A stretch of 64,000 nt of DNA from Hyphomicrobiaceae bacterium (GCA_050187415.1 JBFWXN010000014.1:14475-78474), one strand, 5' to 3'. Shown: positions 47,272 to 57,453, counted from the first letter of the stretch. The notes: a model not told the origin generated them from the sequence alone. Made by a program: numbers and translations.

Positions 47272-49497
47272 TCAAAGGAAGCTGTAAGGATCGATATCGA
47301 CGGTCAGCCGCAGATCCCCCTTCACCTCGGGCAGGCGCGACAGCCACTCACGTATGTAGGCCTGCACGTCGATCTCGCGCGAGGCCTTCAACAGCAGCCG
47401 CCAGCGATACCGCCCGCGTATGACGGCAATCGGCGCCTCCGCGGGGCCCAGCACCTCGATCTGCTCAGCCGCAGGCGCGCGCCGTGCGATCTCGCGTGCC
47501 AGCGCCTGCGCCGCCTCCCGATGTCTGGCCGACACGATCAACGCCACCAGGCGCCCGTAGGGCGGCAACAGTGCCGCGTGCCGCAACTGGATTTCGTGAT
47601 TGAGGAAGGCCTCGCGGTCGCTCGCCACAATCGCCTGCATGACCGGGTTGTCCGGCATGTGGGTCTGCACCAGCCCACGCCCCCGCGCGAACGAGCGCCC
47701 GGCCCGGCCCGTCACCTGGTGTAGAAGCTGGAAGGTGCGCTCGCCGGCACGCGGATCGGCGCCCTGCGCCAGCCCCAGATCGCCATCGACGACGCCGACC
47801 GTGGCCAGATCCGGAAAGTGATGGCCCTTAGCCACGATTTGCGTACCGATAATGATATCGGCATCGCCATTCTCGATCTTTTTGATGATCGCCCGCATCT
47901 CGGCCAGGCCGGGGATGAGATCCGATGACAGAATCAGCGTGCGCGCATCCGGCCAGCGCTCTGCCACCTCCTCCGCCACGCGCTCCACGCCCGGTCCGCA
48001 AGCGACCAGCGTGTCTTCATTCTCGCATTTGGGGCAGCGCTTCGGCAACGGCAGCGAAAATCCGCAATGGTGGCAGTTGAGACGCCCGCGGAAGCGGTGC
48101 TCGACGAGCCAGGCAGTGCACTGCGGACACTCGATGCGATGCCCGCACGTTCGGCAGAGGGTCAGCGGCGCATACCCGCGACGATTGAGAAACAGCAACG
48201 TCTGCTGGCTTTTCGCGAGCGTCTCGTTCACGGCCTCGACCAACGGCGGCGCCAGCCACTTGCCGCGCTCCGGCGGCGTCTTGCGCATGTCGATCGCCGT
48301 GATCTCGGGCAACTCGGTGCCGTGGTAGCGCCCCGGCAGCAAGAGATGGCGATAGCGGCCGTTGCGCGCATTGACGTGGCTCTCGATCGAGGGCGTCGCG
48401 GACGCCAGCACGATCGGGAAATCGCCGATGTGCGCCCGCACGATTGCCATGTCGCGGCCTTGATAGTGGACGCGATCTTCCTGCTTGAAGCCCGGATCGT
48501 GCTCTTCGTCGATGACGATCAGCCCGAGATCGCGAAACGGCAGGAACAGTGCCGACCGAGCGCCGACGATGCAGCGCGCCTCGCCCGTGGCGGCAGCCTT
48601 CCACGTCCGTCCCCGATCCCCCGGAGACAATGCCGAATGCCATTCGGCCGGCGGCGCTCCGAACCGCGCCTTGAAGCGGTCCATGAACTGGCTCGTCAAC
48701 GCGATCTCCGGCAGCAGGATCAGCACTTGACGCCCCTTGGCAAGGGCATGCGCCACCGCCTCGTAGTAGACTTCCGTCTTGCCCGAACCCGTCACGCCAT
48801 CGAGCAGCGAAACCGAGAAAGCGTCGGCGTCTATGGCGGATCGCAGGGCATGCGCAGCCGCCGCCTGATCCGGCGAGAGCGCCACCTCGGCATGCCCATG
48901 CGAGGGCACCGCGAAGCGCTTCTCGGGGATCGCCGTCTCGACCAGGCAGCCCGCCTTGACGAGCCCGTCGACGACCCCGTTGGTGCAGCCGGCCTCCTGC
49001 GCCAGTGCCGACTTCGCGCGAACCAGACCGTCAGCCGCAATCTCCAGCGCACGGTGCCGCTCGGGCGTCATCCGGGGAGGCAATTGGGCGTCCGGCACGC
49101 TTGTTACGCCAAAGCGCGGCTTGACCGGCTCGAAGGCCGCCTGCGCGCTCATCATCATGCGCACGACCATGCCGAGCGGCCCGAGCGTGTAGCGCGCAAC
49201 CCATTCCGCAAAACGCAACGAGGACACCGGCAGTGGCGGCACCTCCAGCCGCTCGGTGACGGCTTTCATCTTACGCGGATCGACCAGCTTGCCGTCACCG
49301 ACCGGCCGGTCCCAGACAATGCCGATCCGAACCTGCGGGCCGAACGGAACCAGGACAAAACACCCCGGTTCCAGATGCACGTGGGCTGGCGCGAGATAGT
49401 CGTACGTCTGGTCGAGCGCCACCGGCAGCAGTACCGGCACTTGCGGGGCGCCATTCGCCCCGTTCGCCTCACCGTCGCGCTCGAGCAGGTCTTCCAA
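47272..49497 (-). CDS. priA: primosomal protein N' (replication restart helicase PriA)
   Basis: GVTGSGKTEVY Walker A, DEEHD, two CxxC zinc-knuckle pairs (CRTCGHRIECPQC...CHHCG...CPKC). Start is non-ATG (TTG 49497 or GTG 49440). Confidence 0.9.
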   Translation of the reverse strand: MEDLLERDGEANGANGAPQVPVLLPVALDQTYDYLAPAHVHLEPGCFVLVPFGPQVRIGIVWDRPVGDGKLVDPRKMKAVTERLEVPPLPVSSLRFAEWVARYTLGPLGMVVRMMMSAQAAFEPVKPRFGVTSVPDAQLPPRMTPERHRALEIAADGLVRAKSALAQEAGCTNGVVDGLVKAGCLVETAIPEKRFAVPSHGHAEVALSPDQAAAAHALRSAIDADAFSVSLLDGVTGSGKTEVYYEAVAHALAKGRQVLILLPEIALTSQFMDRFKARFGAPPAEWHSALSPGDRGRTWKAAATGEARCIVGARSALFLPFRDLGLIVIDEEHDPGFKQEDRVHYQGRDMAIVRAHIGDFPIVLASATPSIESHVNARNGRYRHLLLPGRYHGTELPEITAIDMRKTPPERGKWLAPPLVEAVNETLAKSQQTLLFLNRRGYAPLTLCRTCGHRIECPQCTAWLVEHRFRGRLNCHHCGFSLPLPKRCPKCENEDTLVACGPGVERVAEEVAERWPDARTLILSSDLIPGLAEMRAIIKKIENGDADIIIGTQIVAKGHHFPDLATVGVVDGDLGLAQGADPRAGERTFQLLHQVTGRAGRSFARGRGLVQTHMPDNPVMQAIVASDREAFLNHEIQLRHAALLPPYGRLVALIVSARHREAAQALAREIARRAPAAEQIEVLGPAEAPIAVIRGRYRWRLLLKASREIDVQAYIREWLSRLPEVKGDLRLTVDIDPYSFL

Positions 49498-49624
49498 GCG
49501 TCGCGCCTTCCGACTAGAACGTCACGGTCCGGGGCCGAATCGCCGTTTTGGACAAATCGGTAAATTCTAGCGCAATGTGCCGCTTTCGAGGCACCCCATA
49601 TCGCGAACCTGGAGGGCCGGAATC

Positions 49625-50281
49625 ATGGACTTCTTCGTCGACACCGCCGACGTGACCGAAATCCGCGAACTCGCCGCTCTCGGCCTTCTCGATGGCGTGA
49701 CCACGAACCCCTCGCTGATCGCAAAGGCCGGCCGGGACTTCAAGACCATCATTGCCGAGATCTGCGAAATCGTCTCGGGTCCCGTCTCGGCCGAGGTCGC
49801 GGCGCTCGACACCGAAGGCATGCTCGCCGAGGGCCGGACGCTGGCAAAAATCGCCAAGAATGTCGCCGTCAAGGTGCCGCTCACCTGGGACGGCCTCAAA
49901 GCCTGCCGCACCCTGACGAGCGAAGGCACGATGGTCAACGTGACGCTCTGCTTCTCGGGCAACCAGGCATTGCTGGCCGCCAAGGCCGGCGCCACGTTCG
50001 TATCGCCGTTCATTGGCCGGCTCGACGACATCGGCCTCGACGGCATGGATCTCATCCGCGAAATCCGCACCATCTACGACAACTACACAGCGATCGAGAC
50101 CAAGATCCTGGCTGCCTCGATCCGCTCTGTGAACCACGTCCGGGACGCAGCCCTTGTCGGCGCCGACGTCGCCACTGTACCGCCAGCCACGCTGAAAGCG
50201 CTCGCCGCGCACCCCCTCACCGACAAAGGCCTCGAAGCCTTCCTCGCCGACTGGAAGAAGACCGGACAGAAGATCATCTGA
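49625..50281 (+). CDS. fsa: fructose-6-phosphate aldolase / short (type 3B) transaldolase
   Basis: [54 protein letters not shown]. 218 aa. Confidence 0.9.
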   Translation: MDFFVDTADVTEIRELAALGLLDGVTTNPSLIAKAGRDFKTIIAEICEIVSGPVSAEVAALDTEGMLAEGRTLAKIAKNVAVKVPLTWDGLKACRTLTSEGTMVNVTLCFSGNQALLAAKAGATFVSPFIGRLDDIGLDGMDLIREIRTIYDNYTAIETKILAASIRSVNHVRDAALVGADVATVPPATLKALAAHPLTDKGLEAFLADWKKTGQKII

Positions 50282-50361
50282 GGGCGCACGCGTCTCGCGC
50301 AGCTCGGCAGGCGCCCCGCAAGCCATGTGGCACATCGAACGCCGCACGCCGGACGCCGCGA

Positions 50362-50580
50362 TCATCCGAGAGCCGATCGGACCTCGGCATCGTCGGGAAA
50401 TCGTCCCGTTTGCGCCTTCGAAAACACCAGACGGCCGTCAACGCGAATTTCAAAGACGCCGCCGCCGGATCGTCGCAGCGTCACGTCCGCGTTGGGATGG
50501 GATTTGACAATGACACTCTGCACCGCACGGGCGCGCTTGTCATAGCCTCACGCACCGCAGTATTCGATCTCGACTTTCAT
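50362..50580 (-). CDS. SelW-like (Rdx family) selenoprotein with in-frame UGA = Sec at codon 11
   Basis: ATG 50580 follows AAGGGAGAAGGG. Reading through TGA (50550..50548) gives MKVEIEYCGAUGYDKRARAVQSVIVKSHPNADVTLRRSGGGVFEIRVDGRLVFSKAQTGRFPDDAEVRSALG, ending at TGA 50364..50362. Compare human SelW VVYCGAUGYKSKY...GFFEVMVAGKLIHSKK. It is absent from the ORF track because of the internal TGA. Confidence 0.8.
50510..50543 (-). promoter_or_regulatory. candidate bacterial SECIS hairpin downstream of the Sec-UGA
   Basis: On the mRNA the outer stem AUGACA (50543..50538) pairs with UGUCAU (50515..50510). A GC-rich inner stem (GCGC/GUGC region) closes a small G/U-containing apical loop about 20-25 nt after the UGA. 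Confidence 0.45.
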
Positions 50581-50605
50581 CGGCCACCCTTCTCCCTTAC
50601 CGCAC

Positions 50606-50632
50606 GGTGGCAGTCGAAATTCGGCTGCCACC
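50606..50632 (-). other. perfect 8-bp hairpin between the hydroxyacid dehydrogenase stop and the SelW-like start
   Basis: GGTGGCAG (50606..50613), an 11-nt loop, then CTGCCACC (50625..50632). No U-tract follows on the minus-strand transcript, so it is not a canonical terminator. Confidence 0.4.
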
Positions 50633-50682
50633 GCCCATATGGGCATAGTTGACCGTCCCGCAAGGATCAGTTGGGCCGCTAC

Positions 50683-51687
50683 TCAGCCAAATACGATCGA
50701 ATTGACCGCATTTTCCTTGCGCGGCACCCCGTCGAACACCGAGAGCACGTTTTTGGCCGCTTCGACCGCCATGCGCTGCATCGATTCCGCAGTAACCCCG
50801 GCTATGTGCGGCGCCATGACGATGTTCGGCAGCTTGAAAAGCGGATTTTCCGTATCCGGCGGCTCGCGGTCGAACACATCGAGTGCGGCGGCCGGCAGTG
50901 TCCCGTCCGTGAGAGCTGCATGCAAAGCCAATTCGTCGATGATGCCGCCGCGCGCGGTCGAAACGAGATAGGCCGTCCGCTTCATTTTCTTCATTCGATC
51001 GGCATTGAACATGCCGATGGTCTCTGGCGTCTTCGGGCAGTGAATTGTGATGAAATCGGCCCTCGGCAGCGCCGCATCGAGATCGGAGACCGGCTCACAA
51101 CCGGCAGCCGCAATCGTCTCGGATTTCACGTACGGGTCGTAGACGAGGACGTGCATCTCCATGGCAAGACAGCGCTTCGCCGTCCGGGTGCCGATCCGTC
51201 CGAAGCCGATGATCAGCACAGTCTTTTCGAACATGTCGGTGGCGACGTTCTCGGGCTTCAGGCGGTCCGCCCAACGCCCTTCCGCAACCAGTTTCGTCAG
51301 TTGCGGACCCTTCCGGGCGAGCGTCAGCATGAACGTCATCGCCTGCTCGGCCACCGATGGAGAATTGGCGGTCCCAGCGATCATGACGGGAACCTTGTGC
51401 GCCGTCATGCGAGGAATATCGATGGCGTCATAACCGACGCCCGTCCGTGCGACGACTTCGATGCCGTTCGAGGCCGCCAACTCGGCCTCGCCAAACGGGG
51501 TCCCGCCGAGGACAACCGCATGTACCGGTGCGTGCGACTTGAGCAGATCCTGATACTCCGCCCCTTTCATGAAGTAATTGAAGGCGATCGCCTCCACATC
51601 GTCGCGCCCGCGCAGGATTTCGATCCCGTCCGATCCCATGGAGTCAGTGTACAGCACCTTCTTCTTATTGGTCGTCATGCGCCTCAT
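50683..51687 (-). CDS. D-isomer-specific 2-hydroxyacid dehydrogenase family protein
   Basis: NAD fold IIGFGRIGTRTAKR, catalytic region STARGGIIDE...APHIAGVT. A second ATG lies at 51678. Confidence 0.85.
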   Translation of the reverse strand: MRRMTTNKKKVLYTDSMGSDGIEILRGRDDVEAIAFNYFMKGAEYQDLLKSHAPVHAVVLGGTPFGEAELAASNGIEVVARTGVGYDAIDIPRMTAHKVPVMIAGTANSPSVAEQAMTFMLTLARKGPQLTKLVAEGRWADRLKPENVATDMFEKTVLIIGFGRIGTRTAKRCLAMEMHVLVYDPYVKSETIAAAGCEPVSDLDAALPRADFITIHCPKTPETIGMFNADRMKKMKRTAYLVSTARGGIIDELALHAALTDGTLPAAALDVFDREPPDTENPLFKLPNIVMAPHIAGVTAESMQRMAVEAAKNVLSVFDGVPRKENAVNSIVFG

Positions 51688-51886
51688 CCCTGTCCAGCTC
51701 GAGCGTCATCAGTAGTCCGCCATTTGGCGGTCGCGCAAGCTTCGCCGTGACCCGAACGGCTGACCGATGCTCCGTGCAGCAACTTGGGGTGCATGACGAA
51801 TCTACTTGTCGCGACCAAAATTTTGGCACACGCAGTTGTGATTGCAGCGCGTCGGAAGCAGGCCCGGGAGGTAAAGAGAGCCGCCG

Positions 51887-52603
51887 ATGGGTTGGATCGA
51901 GTACTGGGACGATAAGCCCACCATCTACGTCAACAGGCGACACAGGGAAGCACATTATCGAGGCGTGGCTGACGGCCTGATCGCCAATCTGGGCGATGGC
52001 TTTCCGGTCGTGCTCGACTATGGGTGCGGAGAAGCGTTGTTTGCAGGCGACGTCGCGCGCCGGTGCAAGTGGCTGTATCTCTGTGACGCAGCGCCAAACG
52101 TGCGCGCCGAGTTGCGAAGCCGGTTCGAGTCGATCGCGAACATCAGCGTCGTGGCGCCCGAGGATCTCGCAGCCCTGCCGGCAGGATCGCTTGACCTGAT
52201 CGTGGCGAACTCCGTAATCCAATACCTCTCGACGGCCGAGACCGACCAATGCCTCGATGAGTGGCATCGCCTACTCGCGCCCGCGGGCCGCCTGCTAGTC
52301 GCAGATGTCATTCCACCCTCGGTCGGGCCCCTGACCGACGCCCTCGCGCTCCTCGATTTTGGCCGCCGCCAGGGCTTCCTTTTCGCCGCCGGAATAGGCT
52401 TGGTTCGAACGTTCTTTTCCAATTACCGGAAAGTGCGCGCATCCCTCGGCTTGCGGCAATACGAAGCCGACGCGTTGATCGCCCGTCTCGCCGCGCACGG
52501 TCTCACCGCACGGCGACACTATCCCAACCTCGGGCACAATCGGTCGCGCATGGCCTTTATCGGCACGCGGGCCAATGCGGAGGTGCCGCCCCTGCATGTC
52601 TAG
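51887..52603 (+). CDS. class I SAM-dependent methyltransferase
   Basis: Motif I VVLDYGCGEALF and post-I LYLCDA. 238 aa. Its stop overlaps the next gene start (ATGTCTAG). Confidence 0.75.
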   Translation: MGWIEYWDDKPTIYVNRRHREAHYRGVADGLIANLGDGFPVVLDYGCGEALFAGDVARRCKWLYLCDAAPNVRAELRSRFESIANISVVAPEDLAALPAGSLDLIVANSVIQYLSTAETDQCLDEWHRLLAPAGRLLVADVIPPSVGPLTDALALLDFGRRQGFLFAAGIGLVRTFFSNYRKVRASLGLRQYEADALIARLAAHGLTARRHYPNLGHNRSRMAFIGTRANAEVPPLHV

Positions 52604-55073
52604 CGTCACGTCGCCCGACGCCGGCCTCGGCGCCCCTCGCGTCGCCGGTAGCGAACTGCAACAGGCCTGGCGAACCTCATCCTGGATCGTGCTCGGGCTG
52701 TGGATGCTTTACGCCTCCCCATGGCTGCTCGGACGAGTGACCATCCCATATGACGCCAAGGCGCTGTTCCAGGCTCAGCTCCAGTTCCTCGCCAATGCCT
52801 TGCACAGCGGCCAATCGCCGGCCTGGAACCCGCACACGTTCGTGGGCATCCCTCAGATCGCCGACCCGCAATCGCTGATCTTCTCACCGGCGCTACTGCT
52901 TGCAGCCTTGACCAAGAGCCCGAGTTTCTGGCTGCTTGATTTCTACGTCTTCGCAATGCTCGGCCTCGGTGCGGCAGCCGTCCTCCTTTTCTTTCGCGAT
53001 CGCGGCTGGCATCCCGGCGGCGCAGCCGTAGCCGCCCTCTGTTTTGCTTTCGGTGGCTCGGCGTCCTGGCGGATGCAGCACATCGGCCAGATCCAGAGCT
53101 ACGCCCTCTTCGCTGTCACGTTGTGGCTCCTGTTCCGGGCGCGTGATCGTCACAGTCTGGTTTGGGGAGCCGCAGCGGGTTTCTCGGCAGGGCTGATGCT
53201 GGCCGGGCCGAACCAGGTCGCGCTGCTGGCGAGCTATCTCCTTGTCGTCATCGCGATCGCTGATTGGCTGACAGCGCCATCGCCTTGGCACGCATTCCGC
53301 CGCGACGTTTGGCTCTATGGCGTGGCAGCGATGGTCGCGCTGGCCGTTGCCGCGCTGCCGTTGCTGCTGGCCTACGCCTTCCTGGAAACGTCAAATCGTC
53401 CGTCGATTGCCTTCCATGAGGCAGCGCGCGGCTCGCTGCATCCGGCTTCGCTGCTGACATTTCTATTGCCGGACCTGTTCGGGATCACCGACACCACGTC
53501 TGGATATTGGGGGCCCTACAGTGAGGCTTGGGATCGCAACGAACTGACCCTGTCGCCAAACATGAGCCAACTCTACATGGGGGCGCTTCCATGTCTTGCG
53601 CTGCTTCGCGGAGCGCTTACGCGCGGCACACTGCGCCGAACCGAAGTCGTCGGCGTTTCGACGGCCGCCTTGATAGCGCTCGTCTACGCGCTCGGCAGCT
53701 TCACGCCACTTTTCCATCTGGCCTACGATGCAATCCCCGGCGTTGACCTGTTTCGCCGTCCGGCCGACGCGACCTTTCTTCTTGGGGGACTTGCAGCAAT
53801 CCTCGCCGGCTACGTCATCCATTGCCATCTCGAAGCCCCGCCACGGCCGGCGCCAGCAGCCGCACGACTGGCTTGGATCATCGTCGCGACCGCGATTGTG
53901 GTGGGCGCCGGCCTCGCCTTGGCGCATGGCCGGCTTTCGACAAGCCTCGTCCCGATCGCGCGAGGCGTCGCAATGCTCGCCCTCGCCGGAGGCATTCTGG
54001 CTCTTTCGCCGGCACGGCTCACCGCAGCGGGCCGCTTCGCCGCCTTCATTCCAGCGCTCCTGGTCGGCGCCGATCTCATCATCAGCAATGGCCCGAGCGA
54101 AGCGACAGGCAAACCGGCTGACCGCGCCCAGGAGGCTCTGCGTCTCGAGACGCACAACGAGACCGTCGCCTTCCTGTCGCGAAACGTCCGGCGAGCAACC
54201 GGAACCCCATGGCGCGATCGTATCGAAATGGCGGGAGTGGGCTTCGACTGGCAGAATAACGCCGAGGCACATGGGCTTGACCAGACACTCGGCTACAATC
54301 CGCTTCGCACGGACCTTGTCACGCGGGCACTCGGCGCCGACGACTACATTGCAGGATACGACCAACGTCGATTCAGTCGGTTGTTTCCATCCTACCGCTG
54401 CCGGCTGGCGGATCTCCTCGGGCTGCGCTTTATCGCGACGCCGGTGCCCATCCGTCGTCTCGACCCCCGCATCCATGACGACGATCTGAACTTCGTCGCC
54501 CACACGCTCGACGCCTACATCTACGAGAACCCCCGCACCCTACCCCGCGTGCTGTTTGCCGAGCATGCCAGGACAGCAGACTTCGAGCGCATTCTGTCCG
54601 ATGGCCGGTGGCCCGACTTCGATCCGCGCCAAACGGTTCTTTTCGACCTGGTTGAGAAACCGGTTCTGACCCATCGCCAGGCACTTCGGACGATGAGCAG
54701 CTTTCCCGCGGCAACACCGCCAGCCGAGTCTCGGCTATCGACGACGTCACCGGTCGACTGGAGCGAGCTGGCACCCGTCGAAAAGCGGAGCGAACAAACG
54801 GAAGAACCCGAAGCCGTCATCACGCGCTACGAAAACACGCGCGTCGAAATCGAAGTCAACGCGCCGCGACCGGGCTTCCTCGTGTTGAACGACGTGTGGC
54901 ATCCCTGGTGGCGGGCAACCGTCGATGGCGCAACCGCACGCATCCGACGCGCCAATGTCCTGTTCCGCGCCGTCGCCGTCCAGTCGGGCCGGCATAGGGT
55001 GCGCTTTACGTTTCATCCGATCTCGGGCGCGCTTTCCGGACTTTGGAGCAAGCCGCTGCCGCCCCCCCGATAG
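52596..55073 (+). CDS. large polytopic membrane protein, YfhO-like (putative glycosyl/lipid-linked transferase)
   Basis: About 12 or more TM helices in the N-terminal 500 aa, then a soluble C-terminal domain ending LNDVWHPWWRATVDG...VLFRAVAVQSGRHRVRFTFHP, a pattern I associate with YfhO-type proteins. Confidence 0.6.
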   Translation: MSSVTSPDAGLGAPRVAGSELQQAWRTSSWIVLGLWMLYASPWLLGRVTIPYDAKALFQAQLQFLANALHSGQSPAWNPHTFVGIPQIADPQSLIFSPALLLAALTKSPSFWLLDFYVFAMLGLGAAAVLLFFRDRGWHPGGAAVAALCFAFGGSASWRMQHIGQIQSYALFAVTLWLLFRARDRHSLVWGAAAGFSAGLMLAGPNQVALLASYLLVVIAIADWLTAPSPWHAFRRDVWLYGVAAMVALAVAALPLLLAYAFLETSNRPSIAFHEAARGSLHPASLLTFLLPDLFGITDTTSGYWGPYSEAWDRNELTLSPNMSQLYMGALPCLALLRGALTRGTLRRTEVVGVSTAALIALVYALGSFTPLFHLAYDAIPGVDLFRRPADATFLLGGLAAILAGYVIHCHLEAPPRPAPAAARLAWIIVATAIVVGAGLALAHGRLSTSLVPIARGVAMLALAGGILALSPARLTAAGRFAAFIPALLVGADLIISNGPSEATGKPADRAQEALRLETHNETVAFLSRNVRRATGTPWRDRIEMAGVGFDWQNNAEAHGLDQTLGYNPLRTDLVTRALGADDYIAGYDQRRFSRLFPSYRCRLADLLGLRFIATPVPIRRLDPRIHDDDLNFVAHTLDAYIYENPRTLPRVLFAEHARTADFERILSDGRWPDFDPRQTVLFDLVEKPVLTHRQALRTMSSFPAATPPAESRLSTTSPVDWSELAPVEKRSEQTEEPEAVITRYENTRVEIEVNAPRPGFLVLNDVWHPWWRATVDGATARIRRANVLFRAVAVQSGRHRVRFTFHPISGALSGLWSKPLPPPR

Positions 55074-55202
55074 GCGCTTTGGCGCAGTCAGTCCTGATCC
55101 TGTTGCAATGATCGGCTCGCGCTGGTTGTTTGCTGGCATGCGACGCCAGTCGGTTCCGGCATTCGCCGGCCCCACCAAGAACCGAAACGACGAGAGGCCC
55201 GA

Positions 55203-55733
55203 GTGAGACGTCAAGTCCTGATCGCCATCTATCGTGCACTCGGCGCTGGCATCGCCATCGGCGTCATGGAAATTCTGGCCTACGTCGCTCGTGAACCGAT
55301 GGTTCGCGTACCGTTCGTCACGTCGATTGTTCTCGCCATGGCGTTGCCGGACAGCGAGCCCGCGCAGCCGCGCGCAATCATCGGCGGCCACCTGCTCTCC
55401 TGCCTCGCGGGCTACATCGCGTTGATCGCGGTCCACGCGGGCGAGGGCGCCAGCGCCATTGCGGTCGGCCTCTCGACGTTGCTGATGATCGCCTCGCGCA
55501 CGCTCCATCCGCCGGCCGGCATCGATGCGTTCATGGTCGCCTCCTACGGACTGCCGTGGGATTGGGTACTGAACCCTGTTTTGATCGGTGCGCTATTGCT
55601 GTCGGGCTTTGGGCTTGGCTGGCGCGCGCTCGAGCGGCGACTTTTCTTCCCGGCGGATCGCAAGGCCGCGCCGCAATTCTGGTCAATCGAGCGAATTCGC
55701 GCCCTCACGCCGCCTTGGCGAGCTCGCCATTGA
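55203..55733 (+). CDS. HPP family membrane protein
   Basis: Four TM helices and the eponymous LHPPAG motif. GTG start. The 3' end overlaps the convergent lysK by 29 nt. Confidence 0.75.
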   Translation: MRRQVLIAIYRALGAGIAIGVMEILAYVAREPMVRVPFVTSIVLAMALPDSEPAQPRAIIGGHLLSCLAGYIALIAVHAGEGASAIAVGLSTLLMIASRTLHPPAGIDAFMVASYGLPWDWVLNPVLIGALLLSGFGLGWRALERRLFFPADRKAAPQFWSIERIRALTPPWRARH

Positions 55734-57324
55734 GCGCTTTCGCAATCAGCTTCCGTGTTTCCGCCACGCTGTAGAGCTCGATGAACGAGCCGAACCGCGG
55801 CCCCTGCGTTTGGCCGAGCAGCACCTCGTAGATCGCCTGGAACCACTGGCGCAGCCTGTCACCGAAGCCGTGCGCCTTGCCCGCCTCATAGACGATGGTC
55901 TGCAGCTCCTCCGCACTCGCGTCGGCTGGCGCCCCGGCCAGCGCCTGATCAAGCGCCTCGAGGGCAACTCGTTCCTCGGGGGTGGCGATACGGAACGTCT
56001 TCGCCGGCTTCACGAAAGCGTCGTAGTAGGCAATGGCGTATCCGACCAGCTGATCGAGCAGTGGAAATTGCTCCGCCGTCGCACCCGGCGCATGGCGCCG
56101 GATGAACCCCCAGAGAACGTCCTTGTCGTGCGCGTTCGATGCCGAAACGAGATTGAGCAGGAGGCCGAACGAAATTGGCAACTCTGCCTCCGGCGGCGCC
56201 CCGCCATGCACGTGCCAAACTGGATTTTCGAGACGCGCCCTCCCCTCCTCGGCTGGAAACTTGGCCAGAAAGGTCAGGTACTCGTCGACCGCGCGAGGAA
56301 TGACATCGAAGTAGAGTCTCTTGGCCGCCTTGGGCTTCTGGAACATATAGAGCGCCAGGCTCTCGGGGCTGGCGTAGGTCAACCAATCCTCGATAGTCAG
56401 CCCGTTGCCCTTCGACTTCGAGATCTTCTGACCGTTTTCATCCAGAAACAGCTCGTAGTTGAAACCTTCCGGTGGCGTACCGCCGAGTGCACGACAAATC
56501 TTCGACGACAGACTGACGGAATCGATCAGGTCCTTGCCGGCCATCTCATAGTCGACGTCGAGTGCTCGCCAGCGCAGCGCCCAGTCGGCCTTCCATTGGC
56601 ACTTCACCGCCCCACCCGTCACGGCCGTCTCGACCTTCTTGCCCGTCTCGGGATCGACATAGACCACCGTTCCTTTGGCGGGATGCCGCTCGACCATCGG
56701 TACGTAGAGCACCCTACCCGTCCGCGGCGAAATCGGCAGAAACGGCGAATAGGTCGCGCGCCGCTCCGGTCCGAGCGTCGGCAGGATGATATCCATCACC
56801 TTGTCGTAGACCTCGAGCATGCGCAGCAGCGTCTCGTCCATCGCCCCCGACTTGTAGACCTCGGTAGCGGAGAAAAATTCGTACTCGAAGCCGAAGCGAT
56901 CGAGGAAGGCGCGCAGGCGGGCGTTATTATGATGCGCGAAGCTCTGGTATTGGTTCGAGAACGGATCGGGTACACTCGTCAGCGGTACGTCGATGAAGCT
57001 CGCCAGCATCGCCTGGTTCGGCACATTGCCGGGCACCTTGCGAAAGCCGTCCATATCGTCCGAGAAGCAGATCAGCCGCGTCTTGCGCCGGCCTTCGGCC
57101 AGCACCTCGAAGGCGTGTCGCACCATGCTCGTTCGCGCAACCTCACCGAAGGTGCCGATGTGCGGCAACCCCGACGGCCCGTAACCTGTCTCGAAGATGA
57201 CCGTTTTCTCTTTCCCGTCCGGCAACCTGTCGAGGCGTTGGATGAGGCGGCGCGCCTCTTCGAACGGCCAGGCGCGAGCCTCGGCAGCGGCGGCGAAATC
57301 GGCGGAAGATAAGGGTGCTGTCAT
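55705..57324 (-). CDS. lysK: lysine--tRNA ligase, class I
   Basis: [29 protein letters not shown] (HIGH-type), KISKSKGNG (KMSKS-type). About 539 aa. An alternative ATG lies at 57372. Confidence 0.9.
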   Translation of the reverse strand: MTAPLSSADFAAAAEARAWPFEEARRLIQRLDRLPDGKEKTVIFETGYGPSGLPHIGTFGEVARTSMVRHAFEVLAEGRRKTRLICFSDDMDGFRKVPGNVPNQAMLASFIDVPLTSVPDPFSNQYQSFAHHNNARLRAFLDRFGFEYEFFSATEVYKSGAMDETLLRMLEVYDKVMDIILPTLGPERRATYSPFLPISPRTGRVLYVPMVERHPAKGTVVYVDPETGKKVETAVTGGAVKCQWKADWALRWRALDVDYEMAGKDLIDSVSLSSKICRALGGTPPEGFNYELFLDENGQKISKSKGNGLTIEDWLTYASPESLALYMFQKPKAAKRLYFDVIPRAVDEYLTFLAKFPAEEGRARLENPVWHVHGGAPPEAELPISFGLLLNLVSASNAHDKDVLWGFIRRHAPGATAEQFPLLDQLVGYAIAYYDAFVKPAKTFRIATPEERVALEALDQALAGAPADASAEELQTIVYEAGKAHGFGDRLRQWFQAIYEVLLGQTQGPRFGSFIELYSVAETRKLIAKALNGELAKAA

Positions 57325-57453
57325 GGAGTTTGCTTCGGTTATGTGGCGCGCGGACCGTATGTGGCCGAACATCCTGCGTCAATCGAGCCTTGCCTTGCTG
57401 AGGTTCGATCAATCGTATCTTCGCAGCGTTCGTGCCATCGATCGGAGATCCAG

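Noticed and set aside
50325-50652. Plus-strand ORFs 50325..50507, 50327..50545 and 50410..50652 covering the SelW-like locus.
   Set aside because: Their translations are Arg/Pro-rich with no motifs, and they lack SD sequences. The minus strand gives a motif-perfect CGAU SelW-like protein with a strong SD.
55588-57312. 574-aa plus-strand ORF antisense to lysK.
   Set aside because: It is a shadow ORF. The minus strand carries unmistakable class I LysRS motifs.
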